64,000 nucleotides of DNA from an uncultured Kineosporiaceae bacterium. GTDB lineage: Bacteria > Actinomycetota > Actinomycetes > Actinomycetales > Kineosporiaceae. Location of the stretch: the NCBI GenBank assembly GCA_964583765.1, contig CAZOWW010000003.1, positions 6,552 through 70,551 of the forward strand. The letters are read 5' to 3'. Below are positions 63,084-64,000 of this stretch, one piece after another (within the stretch, counting starts at the first letter, position 1; each line of letters starts with the position of its first letter). The notes beneath the pieces are model-generated. The model ran no database searches. It was not told where the DNA came from and saw nothing but the letters and a program-made list of their open reading frames with translations. The position numbers and the translations under genes were made by a program.

Positions 63084-63128
63084 ACCCCGGGAACCCCGGG
63101 AACCCCGGGAAACCACAGGAACCCGAGA
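63084..63128 (+). repeat. 9-bp tandem repeat (three perfect and about two degenerate copies) downstream of the M23 gene
   Basis: ACCCCGGGA occurs three times (63084-63110), followed by AACCACAGGA and ACCCGAGA. Confidence 0.8.
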
Positions 63129-63292
63129 CGATCACCGAGCCCCGAGGCGGCCGCCCGCGGAGGAGCACGTCGGACCGCCGACCACGGAAGACCACGTCGG
63201 ACGACCGCCTGAGGGCCGGCCGTCCTTCTCGCGTGCCGATCGTGCGGACGGACACGACCCGGCCGGTCGACGGTCCCAGCTCTGCTGAGGGC

Positions 63293-64000
63293 TCAGCTCA
63301 CCTCGGCGAGCTTGGCCCTCAACTGCAGCACGGCCTTGGTGTGCATCTGGCAGATGCGCGACTCCGTCACCCCGAGCACTCTGCCGATCTCGGCCAGGGT
63401 CAGCCCCTCGTAGTAGTAGAGGGTCACGACGATCTTCTCCCGTTCGGGAAGCTGGTTGATCGCCCTCGCCAGGATGAACTTGGTCTCCTCGGTCTCGAAC
63501 GCGGCCACCGGGTCTTCTGCCCGCGTGTCGACCAGGGTGTCCACGAGGGAGAGCTTGTCCCCCTTCTCGCCCCCGATGGTCAACAGTTCGTCGAGCGCGA
63601 CCACGTTCACATAGGACACCTGCGAGAAGATCTGGTGCAGATCCTCCAGGGCGATGCCCAACCGGCTGGCGACCTCGGCCTCGGTGGGTGTCCGGTGCAG
63701 CTCCCCCTCGAGCGCCGCGTAGGCCCGCTCGACCTCCCGGGCCTTGTAGCGCACGGACCGGGGGATCCAGTCAATCGCCCGCAGCTCGTCGATGATCGCC
63801 CCACGGATGCGGGAGATCGCGTAGGTCTCGAACTTGATCGACCGGTCCACGTCGAACTTCTCGATCGCGTCGATCAAACCGAAGATCCCGTAGGAGACCA
63901 GGTCGGCCTGTTCGATGTTGGGTGGCAGACCGACGCCCACCCGTCCGGCGACGTACTTCACCAGGGGTGAGTAGTGCAGGATCAGCCGCTCTCGGATCGC
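63293..64000 (-). CDS. whiG: RNA polymerase sigma factor, WhiG/FliA (sigma-28) family; the 5' end runs off the right edge of the window
   Basis: ...[45 protein letters not shown]...IDWIPRSVR...[39 protein letters not shown] is very close to the Streptomyces WhiG sequence as I remember it. The frame continues beyond 63961 to the window end. Confidence 0.93.
   Translation of the reverse strand, partial: AIRERLILHYSPLVKYVAGRVGVGLPPNIEQADLVSYGIFGLIDAIEKFDVDRSIKFETYAISRIRGAIIDELRAIDWIPRSVRYKAREVERAYAALEGELHRTPTEAEVASRLGIALEDLHQIFSQVSYVNVVALDELLTIGGEKGDKLSLVDTLVDTRAEDPVAAFETEETKFILARAINQLPEREKIVVTLYYYEGLTLAEIGRVLGVTESRICQMHTKAVLQLRAKLAEVS

Noticed and set aside
1-64000. A scan for tRNA, rRNA, tmRNA, transposases, integrases, phage genes and known defence-system genes.
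   Set aside because: I saw no T-loop-like GGTTCGA(A/G)TCC contexts, no rRNA-like conserved stretches, and no ORF with transposase, integrase, nuclease or ATPase defence signatures. Apart from the single antitoxin, the window is housekeeping plus metabolism.

Overview
This is a very high-G+C (by eye above 70%) chromosome segment from an Actinomycetota genome. I found no rRNA, tRNA, CRISPR array, transposase or integrase. I call 48 protein-coding genes, two of them cut by the window edges.

Gene content. Most of the window is the conserved actinobacterial translation / isoprenoid backbone, mostly on the minus strand. Read right to left it runs: whiG (partial), M23 peptidase (plus strand), LacI regulator, rpsB-tsf, pyrH-frr-cdsA, an orphan Phd/YefM antitoxin, phosphoketolase (plus strand), rlmN, a DivIVA-domain gene; then dxr-rseP-ispG-GNAT, proS, a DUF4439 lipoprotein (plus strand), rimP-nusA-ylxR-infB-DUF503-rbfA-truB, ribF and rpsO-pnp (partial). 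As far as I recall, this order matches Mycobacterium and Streptomyces.

Between roughly 19.4 kb and 48 kb lies a metabolic and transport block. It holds MarR/MMPL, gabD, an EAL-GAF protein, a saccharopine-dehydrogenase-like enzyme, an APC permease, mmsA, two FAD oxidoreductases, potDABC, two tandem aldehyde dehydrogenases, Lrp plus a class-III aminotransferase, a Ca2+/H+ exchanger and an ABC-2 exporter. I read the core of this block as a polyamine (putrescine/spermidine) uptake and catabolism cluster.

Many gene pairs are translationally coupled through ATGA/GTGA start-stop overlaps. Many long ORFs in the supplied track are antisense or off-frame artefacts of the G+C content, and I trimmed or rejected them.

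Main observations from the hunt:
1. The cdsA reading frame stays open for 992 codons. This fuses a Pro/Gly/Ser/Tyr-rich low-complexity arm of about 660 aa to the normal CdsA membrane core.
2. Short tandem direct repeats (9-36 bp units, 2-6 copies) sit flush against stop and start codons at ten or more gene junctions. They often carry TGA in several frames and resemble miniature MIRU/VNTR loci. The same slippage style appears in-frame inside infB, rlmN, the exchanger and ylxR.
3. An AT-rich island between the two aldehyde dehydrogenase paralogues carries a near-perfect 18-bp palindrome and two TTAC-N5-GTAA boxes.
4. The Phd/YefM antitoxin has no recognisable toxin partner.
5. Four CCGTCCAC boxes lie upstream of the M23 peptidase gene.

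I found no clear defence system or mobile-element system in this window.
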